From positions 4,447 to 68,446 of the forward strand of contig CAYIYK010000002.1 in assembly GCA_964367745.1 (NCBI GenBank): a stretch of 64,000 bases of DNA, in the 5' to 3' direction. The notes below the pieces were generated by a model. That model worked only from the letters and a program-made list of their open reading frames with translations. It did not search any database and was not told the DNA's origin. This document shows positions 37,804 through 47,499 of this stretch, piece after piece (the first letter of the stretch is position 1; each line of letters opens with the position of its first letter). The DNA comes from an uncultured Candidatus Saccharibacteria bacterium (GTDB taxonomy: Bacteria > Patescibacteriota > Minisyncoccia > Phycocordibacterales > PALSA-1337). A program made the translations under genes and the position numbers.

Positions 37804-38403
37804 TTATTTGAATCTTACTGGTATTGAAACTGTCTTTAAACTCTTACCATCTTTTTGTTCACTAGTTGAAAACTTAACTGTTCCTGTATCAGTCTTTATA
37901 TAACTCATCATTTCTCGATCCCCAACTGAAGCTTTGAAGTATACTGGGTATTTCATCCAATCTGTGATTGAACGGAGAATTGCTACATTACTTATACTCT
38001 TACCATTCGCATCAAATACCTCAACATTACCAACTTCCCCTTCATTTGCCGCCCAACCACTACCGTTAGAATATCCTTCTACATTCAATGGCAATTTGAT
38101 CAAATCATTTGGTTTAAAAGAAGTGATCACTATACCTCCAACATAATAGTTTGTATTACTAACTACAGGTGTATCATTTTTAACTGGTGCTGATGCTTTG
38201 GTTTCAACTTTAACACTTTCGTCTGGTTTCGATTCAGTTACTGATTTTGGTTGAACATAAGGATCATTAGAATTATCAGTATCTATTGCACTATCTGCAT
38301 CTACATTCATACTTTCTTTCTTAACTTCCCCTTTTCTAAAAACAAAAACTCCGGAAACAACTATCAAAATAACAATTACCAATGAAATTAATTTTGTATT
38401 CAT
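37804..38403 (-). CDS. Hypothetical secreted/membrane-anchored protein
   Basis: N-terminal TM, 199 aa. Confidence 0.5.
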   Translation of the reverse strand: MNTKLISLVIVILIVVSGVFVFRKGEVKKESMNVDADSAIDTDNSNDPYVQPKSVTESKPDESVKVETKASAPVKNDTPVVSNTNYYVGGIVITSFKPNDLIKLPLNVEGYSNGSGWAANEGEVGNVEVFDANGKSISNVAILRSITDWMKYPVYFKASVGDREMMSYIKTDTGTVKFSTSEQKDGKSLKTVSIPVRFK

Positions 38404-38507
38404 TGATAAATTGTATCATATTAAAAAGTCGGGATTAACGAGTATTTATATAACCATTGACTTTTCACTAAAAAGTGTTAGTTTGAGGGTAGAGAGAAAG
38501 GCACGTT

Positions 38508-39044
38508 GTGAAATATGATGATGTGGATCACTATTCGATCTGGCTTGAAACTGAAAATCCCAATTGCCCACACAGAAAAGCAATTGATGAGATCTCAAGG
38601 ACAACTGGTACACCAGCATTCACACCTCATATTACCTTAATTGGTGATATCCGAAGACAGGGTGTTGATGTAATACAGAAAAAAATAGACGAATTAGCTG
38701 GATATACCTGCGCATTCGATGTACATTTCGGTTACTTCTTTATCGGACCAAATTGGTTAAATGTAATCCTGATTTTCGCAAGACAAAACTCTACTCTCAC
38801 CAACCTGCACCTGAGAGCTGAAAGAGTTTTCGAGAAACGATCACTTCTCTATTTACCGCACATGTCACTGCTTTATGGAAAAGTATCGAGAGTGGTCAAA
38901 AAGAGAGTGATTAAAAAAGTAAAAGAAGATGGAATTCTGAAACACTCTTTTACAGTCAATCGCATTTCATTGTGGCATTGTAGGAATGGTGTCGCAAATT
39001 GGAAAAAAATTACGAGTGTTGAGCTTCGGCCAACACCCAAATGA
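38508..39044 (+). CDS. 2H phosphoesterase superfamily protein (LigT/CPDase-like); GC-rich
   Basis: Two H-x-(T/S)-x motifs about 80 residues apart: PHITLIGD and PHMSLLYG. Confidence 0.55.
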   Translation: MKYDDVDHYSIWLETENPNCPHRKAIDEISRTTGTPAFTPHITLIGDIRRQGVDVIQKKIDELAGYTCAFDVHFGYFFIGPNWLNVILIFARQNSTLTNLHLRAERVFEKRSLLYLPHMSLLYGKVSRVVKKRVIKKVKEDGILKHSFTVNRISLWHCRNGVANWKKITSVELRPTPK

Positions 39045-39047
39045 CAT

Positions 39048-39071
39048 AAGGGGCTTCGGCCTCTTTTTTTA
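39048..39071 (+). terminator. Rho-independent terminator
   Basis: aaggggc-ttcg-gcctctt followed by TTTTTTT. Confidence 0.65.
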
Positions 39072-39079
39072 ATGCATTA

Positions 39080-39661
39080 TTAATTCCTAAAAAATCTTTT
39101 TATTAGAAGAAAGTACAATGTTCCAACTGTCACCACTAGTACTATTGGGTAAAGCCATATTTCAAACCCGGTATCAGTACCAACAACAACAGTAGTAAGG
39201 TTAAGAACAACTCCAATGAAAAATAGAGTCCAAGCAAACAGACTTTCACTTTCGGGGTTAACCATAGCTTTTTTAATTGTAGAAATGTAACCGCTAATAT
39301 AAATAATAAGATTCATTAGAAAAGCAACAAATGCATTCCCAGTAATTAACCAGATGCCCAGACTGGAGATTGCTATTACTAAAGAAATTTTATCAGTTTT
39401 AGACCATCCACCAACACCAAAGCGAATAGACAGAATAAATATAATAAAACATCCTACAGCATCAGCGATTGGAACCCATATTGCTTCATTTGTACCTGTT
39501 TCCTTTACTCCTAGGAGAATAACTACTGTTGAAAGTGCCCATATGAACCAGCTTGCACGGTTTGGAGTATCAGTACCCTTAATTACTTCATAGGTATATG
39601 GAATGTACCCAGAGATTAGGAATAGACCAGATATCAAACCGAGTGTTTCAGGAAATGTCAT
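39080..39661 (-). CDS. Polytopic integral membrane protein (about 6 TM), hypothetical
   Basis: Hydropathy read by eye. Confidence 0.5.
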   Translation of the reverse strand: MTFPETLGLISGLFLISGYIPYTYEVIKGTDTPNRASWFIWALSTVVILLGVKETGTNEAIWVPIADAVGCFIIFILSIRFGVGGWSKTDKISLVIAISSLGIWLITGNAFVAFLMNLIIYISGYISTIKKAMVNPESESLFAWTLFFIGVVLNLTTVVVGTDTGFEIWLYPIVLVVTVGTLYFLLIKRFFRN

Positions 39662-39783
39662 GGGTTAATTATAACAATATATGATATTAAATAGTAGTTG
39701 GATTTTTATAGTAAAATTTTCTCTTATAAGACTTATAATCGCAAATTTATAAAACGAAATCCCCTGTTTTGGCAGGGGATTTT

Positions 39784-40302
39784 TTACTTTTTGGCCCCAT
39801 CATTAGCTAAAGCTGATTCTTTAGCTCTTCTCAATATCCTTTTCCATCTTTTTGACTCCTTAAACAAGTCTCTGTTTCTCACAGTTTTACTAACTGCTTG
39901 ATCAGGGACGTAGAAATTGTATCCGAATCGATTGAATGTTCCTTTTGCAGGAATAAGAAGAGGATTGATATTGAGCGTTCCAACAGGATATGGATCTATT
40001 ATAGTTTGATCAGGTGTAACCAACCATGAGTGTTCGCAATATTCAATAGTAAAATCATTTTTGTTTGGAGAGTTTGATTTCAAACCTAAATAAAATCCGT
40101 CAATCACTCCCAATTCATATTTATCAACATTGAATGCTATTGCATCGCATAATGAATGGCATCGAAAATGACCAGCATCCGCATATTTTGGATTTCCTCC
40201 CAAAAAAGTAGTGGTATTGTTTAAAAGCTCTGCAACTTCACACCAAGCCAATCTATCATTGTCACTGATGTGTTTATAAATTGAACAATTTATTAGATGC
40301 AT
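39784..40302 (-). CDS. Hypothetical protein (Cys/His-containing)
   Basis: ORF; no confident family. Confidence 0.45.
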   Translation of the reverse strand: MHLINCSIYKHISDNDRLAWCEVAELLNNTTTFLGGNPKYADAGHFRCHSLCDAIAFNVDKYELGVIDGFYLGLKSNSPNKNDFTIEYCEHSWLVTPDQTIIDPYPVGTLNINPLLIPAKGTFNRFGYNFYVPDQAVSKTVRNRDLFKESKRWKRILRRAKESALANDGAKK

Positions 40303-40383
40303 CGAAATCCTTTCTTTCTATTTTCAGATTACAATATTTTATAATAAAGTCAAATATAAATCATATTATTACTAATCTTTTTT

Positions 40384-40414
40384 AAAAAAATGACGCACCA
40401 TTTCTGATGCGTCA
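40384..40414 (-). terminator. Terminator of gene 40443..41135
   Basis: tgacgca-N10-tgcgtca preceded by an A-run (a T-run on the minus strand). Confidence 0.6.
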
Positions 40415-40442
40415 GTGAAAAGTAATACAGCTAATTGAATAC

Positions 40443-41135
40443 TCAATAGAAAGCTGCAGATCCACGACATATATGACCTTGTGGTGCCTTAAAGGACCAT
40501 ACAATTGGCGGGTCTTCAACGCGAGGTTTATTAGATGATGGATATCGATCGGTAAATCGTATATCTAATGCTACATATACATTCACACATCCTCCACTTT
40601 TCCACTGAGCTCGATGTGCTGCACCAAGAAAGTGTATTGGTAAAAAAATTGAAATTTTCCTCCTGAATTCGACATCCGTCTCAGCTCTCTTCTTAATAGC
40701 GAAAGCATGAAAGATTGTACATGCCTTTAAACCATTTTTCTCACCACTTTCTCGAATTCTCTTAGGGTAATCGCCCCCATCAATACATTGAAAGTGGAGA
40801 TGTTCCTGTCTGGTACACTCGATATCGATCTTTGGACTAAAATACTTTAGACTTCTGCACTTAATAGTTACCCTATCTCCATCAGTATGAATTTCTTCGT
40901 CGAAACGATATGGATTGTAGTCCACTTCAATCCCAGTGTCTTCGGGGTTTAACTTGGGTTTTGGTGTTAGCCAGGCAATATTTGAAGCAATCGTATTGGC
41001 GACTTCTTCATAATACTTATGTTCCTGTGAACCAAAGAAATGCGCTAGATCTTCTGGTTTTCCACCTTGTTCCTGAACTTTTTTTCCAATACAATCCAAG
41101 AACTGTGTAATTTGTTCGTCAGTTGGTATTTTCAA
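40443..41135 (-). CDS. Hypothetical protein, GC-rich
   Basis: ORF; no recognised family. Confidence 0.45.
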   Translation of the reverse strand: MKIPTDEQITQFLDCIGKKVQEQGGKPEDLAHFFGSQEHKYYEEVANTIASNIAWLTPKPKLNPEDTGIEVDYNPYRFDEEIHTDGDRVTIKCRSLKYFSPKIDIECTRQEHLHFQCIDGGDYPKRIRESGEKNGLKACTIFHAFAIKKRAETDVEFRRKISIFLPIHFLGAAHRAQWKSGGCVNVYVALDIRFTDRYPSSNKPRVEDPPIVWSFKAPQGHICRGSAAFY

Positions 41136-41213
41136 ATTTCCTTTCTAAAGCACCCTTATGGTGACTTTTTGTTCAAATTCAATGAAAACATAACACTTTT
41201 ATTTTATACAGTC

Positions 41214-41288
41214 AATGGTGACCCTACAGGGAGTCGAACCCTGCTTACTGCCTTGAAAAGGCAATGTCCTAGCCGATAGACGATAGGG
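41214..41288 (-). tRNA. tRNA-Glu (anticodon UUC)
   Basis: I folded it by hand: acceptor stem GGCCCTA/TAGGGTC, anticodon stem TTGCC/GGCAG with loop TTTTCAA (anticodon TTC), T-arm CAGGG-TTCGACT-CCCTG, 3' discriminator A plus an encoded CCA. A promoter TTGCTT-16-TATAGT lies upstream. Confidence 0.85.
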
Positions 41289-41382
41289 CCGGTAAAAAAT
41301 ACTATAGCATTTTTACCATAAAAAGCAAAATTTTTATTTAAAACAAGTTGAACTTGATTTAATAGTAATTTATAATGATGTA

Positions 41383-42069
41383 ATGGGTTCAAATATTCAT
41401 CTAAAAGAAGAAGCTATTGCTCTCCGTAGAGGAGGTAAGAGCTACAATGAGATTACAAAAGCGTTAGGTATCAAATCTAAAGGTACCTTGAGTCTATGGT
41501 TTAAAAATCTTGATCTCTCAAAAAAATCCAAAGATCTTTTAGAAAAAAACAACATACTTGCTCACCAAAGAGGATTATTTACTTCAAATAGCGCAAGAAA
41601 AGCTAGAATTGTAATTGAAAATAATGAATCATATTTGGAAGGAAAAAATCTGATAGATTATATATCAGAAAGAGAACTACTTCTTATAGGTGCTGCATTG
41701 TATTGGGGTGAAGGTTCTAAATCAGAGAGGATGCCAGCTACTCCTCTTGATTTTAGTAACTCTGATCCACTCATGGTAATGGTATATATGAAATTTCTTA
41801 GAAAGATTCTAAAAGTTCCTGAGGATAGAATACGTGCTGGGATTCATTTATATTCTTCCATACCCGTAGATAAAGCTAGAAAGTTTTGGGCTTCTAAAAC
41901 AGGATTACCTGAGGATCGATTCTATATAATTAATCAAGTCAGTAGAGCTAGTCAAGGTAAAAGACCTTTTAATATATTACCTTTCGGAACTGTAGCAATA
42001 AAAGTTAATAGTCGAATCCAATTTCAAAAAGTCAAAGGTATGATTGCGGGGATTGCAGAGAAATTATAG
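41383..42069 (+). CDS. Hypothetical protein with an N-terminal helix-turn-helix
   Basis: IALRRGGKSYNEITKALGI is HTH-like. The LYWGEGSK segment only weakly recalls LAGLIDADG. Confidence 0.45.
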   Translation: MGSNIHLKEEAIALRRGGKSYNEITKALGIKSKGTLSLWFKNLDLSKKSKDLLEKNNILAHQRGLFTSNSARKARIVIENNESYLEGKNLIDYISERELLLIGAALYWGEGSKSERMPATPLDFSNSDPLMVMVYMKFLRKILKVPEDRIRAGIHLYSSIPVDKARKFWASKTGLPEDRFYIINQVSRASQGKRPFNILPFGTVAIKVNSRIQFQKVKGMIAGIAEKL

Positions 42070-43278
42070 CTCTTTTATAAACCTCCTCGCCCTCAGCTTC
42101 TTATGATACGCTATCGCAAACCTATGTGCTTCACTATTTGCCAAAAGAGCGTATTTACCATATTGTTCAACCATTTTTTCATCTCCAAGGAAATGATCCG
42201 GTTTATGAGCTTCATTTTTTACAATAGAGATGACCGGAATATCTTTTACTACCTCTTTTGCTGTATTTATCTGTCCCACTCCCCCATCTATTACGATAAG
42301 ATCAGGAGATTTCCATTCTGGGTGTGTGAATCTTCTAGTTAAAATCTCTCTGAGGCCAGCTGTATCATTGTTTGCATCTTTTGAAATCCTAAACTTTTTG
42401 TATTGAGACTTTTGAGGTTCACCATTTATAACAACGGTCATTACACCTACTGTATCTTTGCCAGACATATGAGCGATATCGTATGCTTCAATTCTAAATC
42501 CTTCTATATTTTTATCTTCTTCTGTTTTTATTAAAGAAACATCTTGAATATGATTCAAAGCATAAAGAGTATTTCTAACATTCCTAGCTTTTTCAAATTC
42601 TTGTGACTTCGCATATCCATCCATTTCATTTTCTAGAGTTTTTATCAATTTACTCTTTTTTCCTTCAAAAAATAGTACTAGATTCCTGATTGTCTTTTGA
42701 TATTCTGATTTTGCATCTGGAGAACCGGTATCTGGAGAAAGACCAAGAGATCTATAGAATGATTCTTGATGTTTTAGAACTGCTTTTGCATCTCTAAAAG
42801 GAAATATCTTTCTAATAATCTTCAATGCATCTCTCAAAAGTGATCCTTGAGGATATGGGCCGAATTGATATTTTATCTTATACCCCAAATCTTTCTCATC
42901 GAGCTTATCTAGAGTTCTACCACGAGCAATTACAACTCTTGGGAATTCTTCATCTGTTATAACTACAAAGTTATAGCTTCTATTATCTTTTTCTTTTGTA
43001 TTAAAATACGGAAGGTATTTCTTTATTTCATTACTTTCAAGAATAATAGCTTCAAGTACTGAATCAGTTTGGATAAAATCGACTGTACTAGCTTTTGTAA
43101 CCATATCTACAAGTAAAGGACCTCTTGTAGCTATAAGGTCATTTGAAAAATAACTATAAACACGATCATGTAGGGAGGTTGCTCTACCTATGTACAATAT
43201 TTCTTCTTTTATATCCTTAAAAAAATACACTCCAGGAGCTTCTGGAAGTTTCAAATGTTTAAAGTCTTGAACTCGCAT
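42064..43278 (-). CDS. uvrC: Excinuclease ABC subunit C (short form lacking the C-terminal HhH region)
   Basis: GIY-YIG N-terminus PGVYFFKDIKEEILYIGRATSLHDRVYSYF and the UvrC endonuclease domain ...AYDIAHMSG...LIVIDGGVGQ. Confidence 0.7.
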   Translation of the reverse strand: MRVQDFKHLKLPEAPGVYFFKDIKEEILYIGRATSLHDRVYSYFSNDLIATRGPLLVDMVTKASTVDFIQTDSVLEAIILESNEIKKYLPYFNTKEKDNRSYNFVVITDEEFPRVVIARGRTLDKLDEKDLGYKIKYQFGPYPQGSLLRDALKIIRKIFPFRDAKAVLKHQESFYRSLGLSPDTGSPDAKSEYQKTIRNLVLFFEGKKSKLIKTLENEMDGYAKSQEFEKARNVRNTLYALNHIQDVSLIKTEEDKNIEGFRIEAYDIAHMSGKDTVGVMTVVINGEPQKSQYKKFRISKDANNDTAGLREILTRRFTHPEWKSPDLIVIDGGVGQINTAKEVVKDIPVISIVKNEAHKPDHFLGDEKMVEQYGKYALLANSEAHRFAIAYHKKLRARRFIKEL

Positions 43279-43315
43279 GTATATGAGTTTATCGTAAATA
43301 TCGAATTGGTCAATA

Positions 43316-43353
43316 ACAAAAAAGAACCGTTATATATTTTATATACGGTTCTT
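43316..43353 (-). terminator. Terminator of gene 43393..43938
   Basis: agaaccgt - 15-nt loop - acggttct with a preceding A-run. Confidence 0.6.
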
Positions 43354-43392
43354 TGAGATAGATAAGAGTTTTATATTAATTCATTATATATA

Positions 43393-43938
43393 TCACTTAG
43401 GATATAAGAAATGAATTACCTCCTTTCCATCGAAATAAATGTAATTTCCGCCTTCAAAACTTAGACGAGTATCTACATTCAAATACTCATTGAACAACTT
43501 TTCTTGAACACTTGTTACCCCCGCAATCATTTCCTCCACGACTTTGTATCTGTAATACAAGGCCCATGCAACATGGTAAGGTAAGCTAGGTACTGTACCA
43601 TCTTCTCTTGACCAAGCCAAGGAGTCATCGGTTTCCTTGAAGGTAGCAGGTATGCCATATTTTACTACTGATACTATTGATAATAATTCATCAATATCGA
43701 TGTGTGAGAGTACCACAGAATTAACGAGATACCCTCCTTCTTTGCATATTCGAATTAGTGGACCCATCGGATCATTCCGATTTACAATCTTCATATCCAA
43801 ACCCTTTGAAGGTTTAAATGGTAATTTAGATTGCGTTCGAAAATCTTTCTTGTCGAACACCATAGCGAGTAGATTACTTGGCCTTTCCCATACTGCAAGA
43901 GCTTCTTGTTCTTGGAGACTTATTTCTTTAGTTTTCAC
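43393..43938 (-). CDS. Hypothetical protein
   Basis: ORF only. Confidence 0.45.
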   Translation of the reverse strand: MKTKEISLQEQEALAVWERPSNLLAMVFDKKDFRTQSKLPFKPSKGLDMKIVNRNDPMGPLIRICKEGGYLVNSVVLSHIDIDELLSIVSVVKYGIPATFKETDDSLAWSREDGTVPSLPYHVAWALYYRYKVVEEMIAGVTSVQEKLFNEYLNVDTRLSFEGGNYIYFDGKEVIHFLYPK

Positions 43939-44039
43939 TTTTTTCCTTCTTTTTGTTGTTGTACTACTAAAATTACGTTATCATAAAATACAACAATGTC
44001 AATACCTTCGTAATCCTCCACCAGCATGGCACCAAGAAG

Positions 44040-46655
44040 CTACTTTTTTAGTATCTTTTTCAAATACTGCCCTGTATATGATTTCTCATTTCGAGCTACA
44101 TCTTCTGGAGTACCCTTTGCCACTATTTTACCACCACGACTTCCACCTTCTGGACCAATATCGATGACATAGTCTGCGGATTTTATAAGATCCAAGTTGT
44201 GTTCAATAACTACAACAGTATTCCCCTTATCAACTAATCTTTGTAATATTTCTATAAGTTTCTTAACATCTTCATAATGAAGTCCGACAGTTGGTTCATC
44301 TAGTAGATAAATAGTCTTTTGTAGATGTGCTCTATAAAGTTCTGAAGAAATCTTCACTCTTTGTGCTTCACCACCTGAAAGAGTAGTTGCACTTTGTCCC
44401 AATTTTAAATATCCCAAACCTACTTCTTGTAGTGTTTGCAATCGATCAGATACAGATGGAATATCTTCAAAGAATTTCAGACCTTCCTCCACGGTCATTT
44501 CCAAGATATCAAAAACATTTTTACCTTTATATTTAACATCGAGCGTTTCTTTCATAAATCTCTTACCGCCACAGACTTCACAAGGAACATAGACGGTTGG
44601 AAGGAAATGCATTTCAACTGCAATCTCGCCATTACCCTGACATGCTTCACATCTTCCACCTTTTACATTGAATGAGAATCTTCCAGCACCCCAACCATGA
44701 GCTCGAGCTTCAGCAGATCCAGCAAAAAGATCACGGATATGAGTCCAGGCACCAGTATATGTAACCGGATTTGATCTTGGTGTACGACCGATAGCACTTT
44801 GATCTATTAGAATTGTTCTTCCAAGATATTCTGTACCAGTAAAACTTGCACAGTTGAAAATCTGCGCAGTTCTATGTCTAAACTCAAGTCTTGCAGCAAG
44901 ATTTTTATGTAAAATCTCATACATAAAAGAAGATTTACCTGAACCAGAGACACCAGTAATAACATTTAGACAGTTCAAAGATATTTCAGCATTTATATCT
45001 TTTATATTAAAAACATTTCCGCCTTTTATAACTATTTTACCCTTTGGCTCTCTTCGAACTTCTGGTACTTCGATTTTCTTTTCTCCACGAAGATATGCAA
45101 GAGTTAGGGAACCTGAAGTATTTTTCTTTGCAGTCAAAAGATCATCTAGATATCCTGATACAACAACATTTCCGCCATGTACCCCAGCTCCAGGGCCAAT
45201 ATCTATAATATAGTCTGATGAAAACATAGTATCTTCATCATGTTCAACAACAATGATTGTATTACCCAAATCTCTTAGACTTGTTAGAGTTTTTATCAGA
45301 CGATCATTGTCTCTTTGATGTAGACCGATGGTTGGTTCATCGAGTACATAAAGTGCACCCACAAGCCCAGAACCGAGCTGTGAAGCGAGTCTGATTCTTT
45401 GTGCTTCTCCTCCAGAAAGGGTGTGCGCACGTCTATCAAGGGTCAAATATTCAATACCCACATTTATCATAAATTGTAGACGAGACTCTATTTCTTTTAA
45501 AATAATCTTAGCTATTTCTTTTTCGGTTTCTGAAAGTTCTATTTCTTTAAAGAATTTATTTGATTCTTCTATAGACATTGACGTTACAGAAATGATGTTT
45601 ATATTATTTATCTTTACATTCAATGCTTCATCACGAAGTCTAGCACCCTTACATGTTGGACAAGTTTCATTACTAAAAAATTCTCTAGTTCCAAGACCAT
45701 TACAAGCTGAACAAGCACCGTAAGGCGAGTTAAAAGAAAACAATCTTGGTTCGATTTCAGGATATGAGAATCCATCGTATGGACACATAAACTTCACTGA
45801 CATTAGTTTCTCTTCATCTGGGAATTCTATTTTTATAAGTCCTTGAGCTTCTTCAATAGCTTTTTCTAGTGATTCAGAAAGTCTTTCTCTAGCATTATCA
45901 ACTTGTTTATTTCTTTCAGAATTGCCTTTTGGAGCAGACTTAAATTCACTCAGAAACATTTCATCAACCAGAACGTCGATATCATGCTTTTTATTTTTAT
46001 CCAAAATGATTTGTTCACGCAATCGCATTACTTTTCCATCAACTTTTACACGATCATAACCCTTACCCAAAAGATCATAAAGCAACTGGTAGTATTCACC
46101 CTTTCTACCAACAACAATAGGTGCGTAGATTTTTACTTTTTGTTCATTGAGTTCAACGCCCATTACCTTTTTTCCACTCTTATTATGTGTACTTACTTGT
46201 TTTATTATTGTCTCTAGAATTTCTTCTTTAGAAATACGATGGATTTCTCTTCCGCAAGTTAGACAATGTGGTTTACCGACTCTAGCAAAAAGGATACGTA
46301 GATAGTCATATATTTCGGTAATAGTCGCTACTGTTGAACGTGGGTTATTTGACCTAGATTTTTGATCGATAGATATAGCTGGAGAAAGACCGATGATTTC
46401 ATCGACATCTGGCTTCTGCATTTGTTTTAGGAATTGTCTTGCATATGAAGAGAGAGATTCTACATATCTTCTTTGACCTTCAGCAAATATAGTATCAAAA
46501 GCAAAAGACGACTTTCCTGATCCAGAAAGACCTGTTACCGCTATCATTTTATTCCTAGGCATTTCAACACTTATATTCTTCAGATTGTGTGTTCTTGCCC
46601 CTTTTACGATGATTTTATCGCTTTCTAAGCCCTTTTCTGATGGTTTTTTAGACAT
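44040..46655 (-). CDS. uvrA: Excinuclease ABC subunit A
   Basis: Two ABC ATPase modules (GLSGSGKSS, GVSGSGKSS), zinc-finger Cys clusters, LSGGE signatures. Confidence 0.95.
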   Translation of the reverse strand: MSKKPSEKGLESDKIIVKGARTHNLKNISVEMPRNKMIAVTGLSGSGKSSFAFDTIFAEGQRRYVESLSSYARQFLKQMQKPDVDEIIGLSPAISIDQKSRSNNPRSTVATITEIYDYLRILFARVGKPHCLTCGREIHRISKEEILETIIKQVSTHNKSGKKVMGVELNEQKVKIYAPIVVGRKGEYYQLLYDLLGKGYDRVKVDGKVMRLREQIILDKNKKHDIDVLVDEMFLSEFKSAPKGNSERNKQVDNARERLSESLEKAIEEAQGLIKIEFPDEEKLMSVKFMCPYDGFSYPEIEPRLFSFNSPYGACSACNGLGTREFFSNETCPTCKGARLRDEALNVKINNINIISVTSMSIEESNKFFKEIELSETEKEIAKIILKEIESRLQFMINVGIEYLTLDRRAHTLSGGEAQRIRLASQLGSGLVGALYVLDEPTIGLHQRDNDRLIKTLTSLRDLGNTIIVVEHDEDTMFSSDYIIDIGPGAGVHGGNVVVSGYLDDLLTAKKNTSGSLTLAYLRGEKKIEVPEVRREPKGKIVIKGGNVFNIKDINAEISLNCLNVITGVSGSGKSSFMYEILHKNLAARLEFRHRTAQIFNCASFTGTEYLGRTILIDQSAIGRTPRSNPVTYTGAWTHIRDLFAGSAEARAHGWGAGRFSFNVKGGRCEACQGNGEIAVEMHFLPTVYVPCEVCGGKRFMKETLDVKYKGKNVFDILEMTVEEGLKFFEDIPSVSDRLQTLQEVGLGYLKLGQSATTLSGGEAQRVKISSELYRAHLQKTIYLLDEPTVGLHYEDVKKLIEILQRLVDKGNTVVVIEHNLDLIKSADYVIDIGPEGGSRGGKIVAKGTPEDVARNEKSYTGQYLKKILKK

Positions 46656-46692
46656 TTCCTATAACTATACCAACATGTAGATAATAGGCAAA

Positions 46693-47490
46693 TTATTTGG
46701 CACTTGCGGGAATAAGCTCGTTTACAGCATTTATTATTTCATCTAGCGAAGCAGCAGCTTTTACCATGAACTTATTTGCACCTAAGACTTTTGCTTTCTC
46801 AATATCACTCTGTCTATTTAGATTTGTAAGCATCATAACTGGAATTTTTCGAAGTTTTTCTTCCATTTTAATCTTTTGTAGAATATCCATTCCATTCATT
46901 CCAGGAAGCATGATGTCTAGAACTATTACATCTGGAATTTCAGTCTCTAGAAACTTCATTGCTTCATCTCCACTATTTGCTTTAAGCAAAGAGAATCCAC
47001 TACTTTCAATTTTTCGAGCGAGAATAGTACTAAGTAGTCTATCATCTTCTACCCATAGAATCTTTTTGACTTTTTTAGTTGCTGCACCGATCGGGCCAAC
47101 CTCAGCACTTGGAACACTTTTACCGAAGACTTTATTTACTTTTTCCAACACTTCATTTGGCTCAACATGTGACTTGATAACATAATCACGTATTGTTGGA
47201 GTCGAAGGAATATTCTTCATTTGTATAGGTTCTCCAGAATTTGAAATGATTATTACCGGAATTCTAGTTACGTCTTTATCAAGACTCTTTTGAAAAAGAA
47301 CATCATATCCATTTTTATCTGGCAAAACTGTATCTATCAAAAGTAAATCTGAAGCATTCGCTTTCAACTTTTCTATAACTTCATTACCACTCGTAACATT
47401 GTCGACAGCAAAACCTGCATCGATCAATTTTTCCATTAATATTTTTGTAAGGTTTAAATCACTTAATGCTATCAAAATTTTTTCTTTCAT
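46693..47490 (-). CDS. Stand-alone response-regulator protein with two tandem receiver (REC) domains and no output domain
   Basis: REC1 ILIALSD...LLLIDTVLPDKNGYDV...VIIIS; REC2 ILWVEDD...VIVLDIMLPGMNGMD...MMLTN..KF. Sits between uvrA and uvrB on the same strand. Confidence 0.7.
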   Translation of the reverse strand: MKEKILIALSDLNLTKILMEKLIDAGFAVDNVTSGNEVIEKLKANASDLLLIDTVLPDKNGYDVLFQKSLDKDVTRIPVIIISNSGEPIQMKNIPSTPTIRDYVIKSHVEPNEVLEKVNKVFGKSVPSAEVGPIGAATKKVKKILWVEDDRLLSTILARKIESSGFSLLKANSGDEAMKFLETEIPDVIVLDIMLPGMNGMDILQKIKMEEKLRKIPVMMLTNLNRQSDIEKAKVLGANKFMVKAAASLDEIINAVNELIPASAK

Positions 47491-47499
47491 TTGAAACTA

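Noticed and set aside
41067-41392. ORFs 41067..41279 (+) and 41204..41392 (-)
   Set aside because: They overlap the hand-folded tRNA-Glu (41214-41288); they are spurious.
41383-42069. Calling the HTH protein a LAGLIDADG homing endonuclease
   Set aside because: Only one weak LYWGEGS segment is present, with Trp at the position of the first catalytic Asp, and there is no second motif. The evidence is insufficient.
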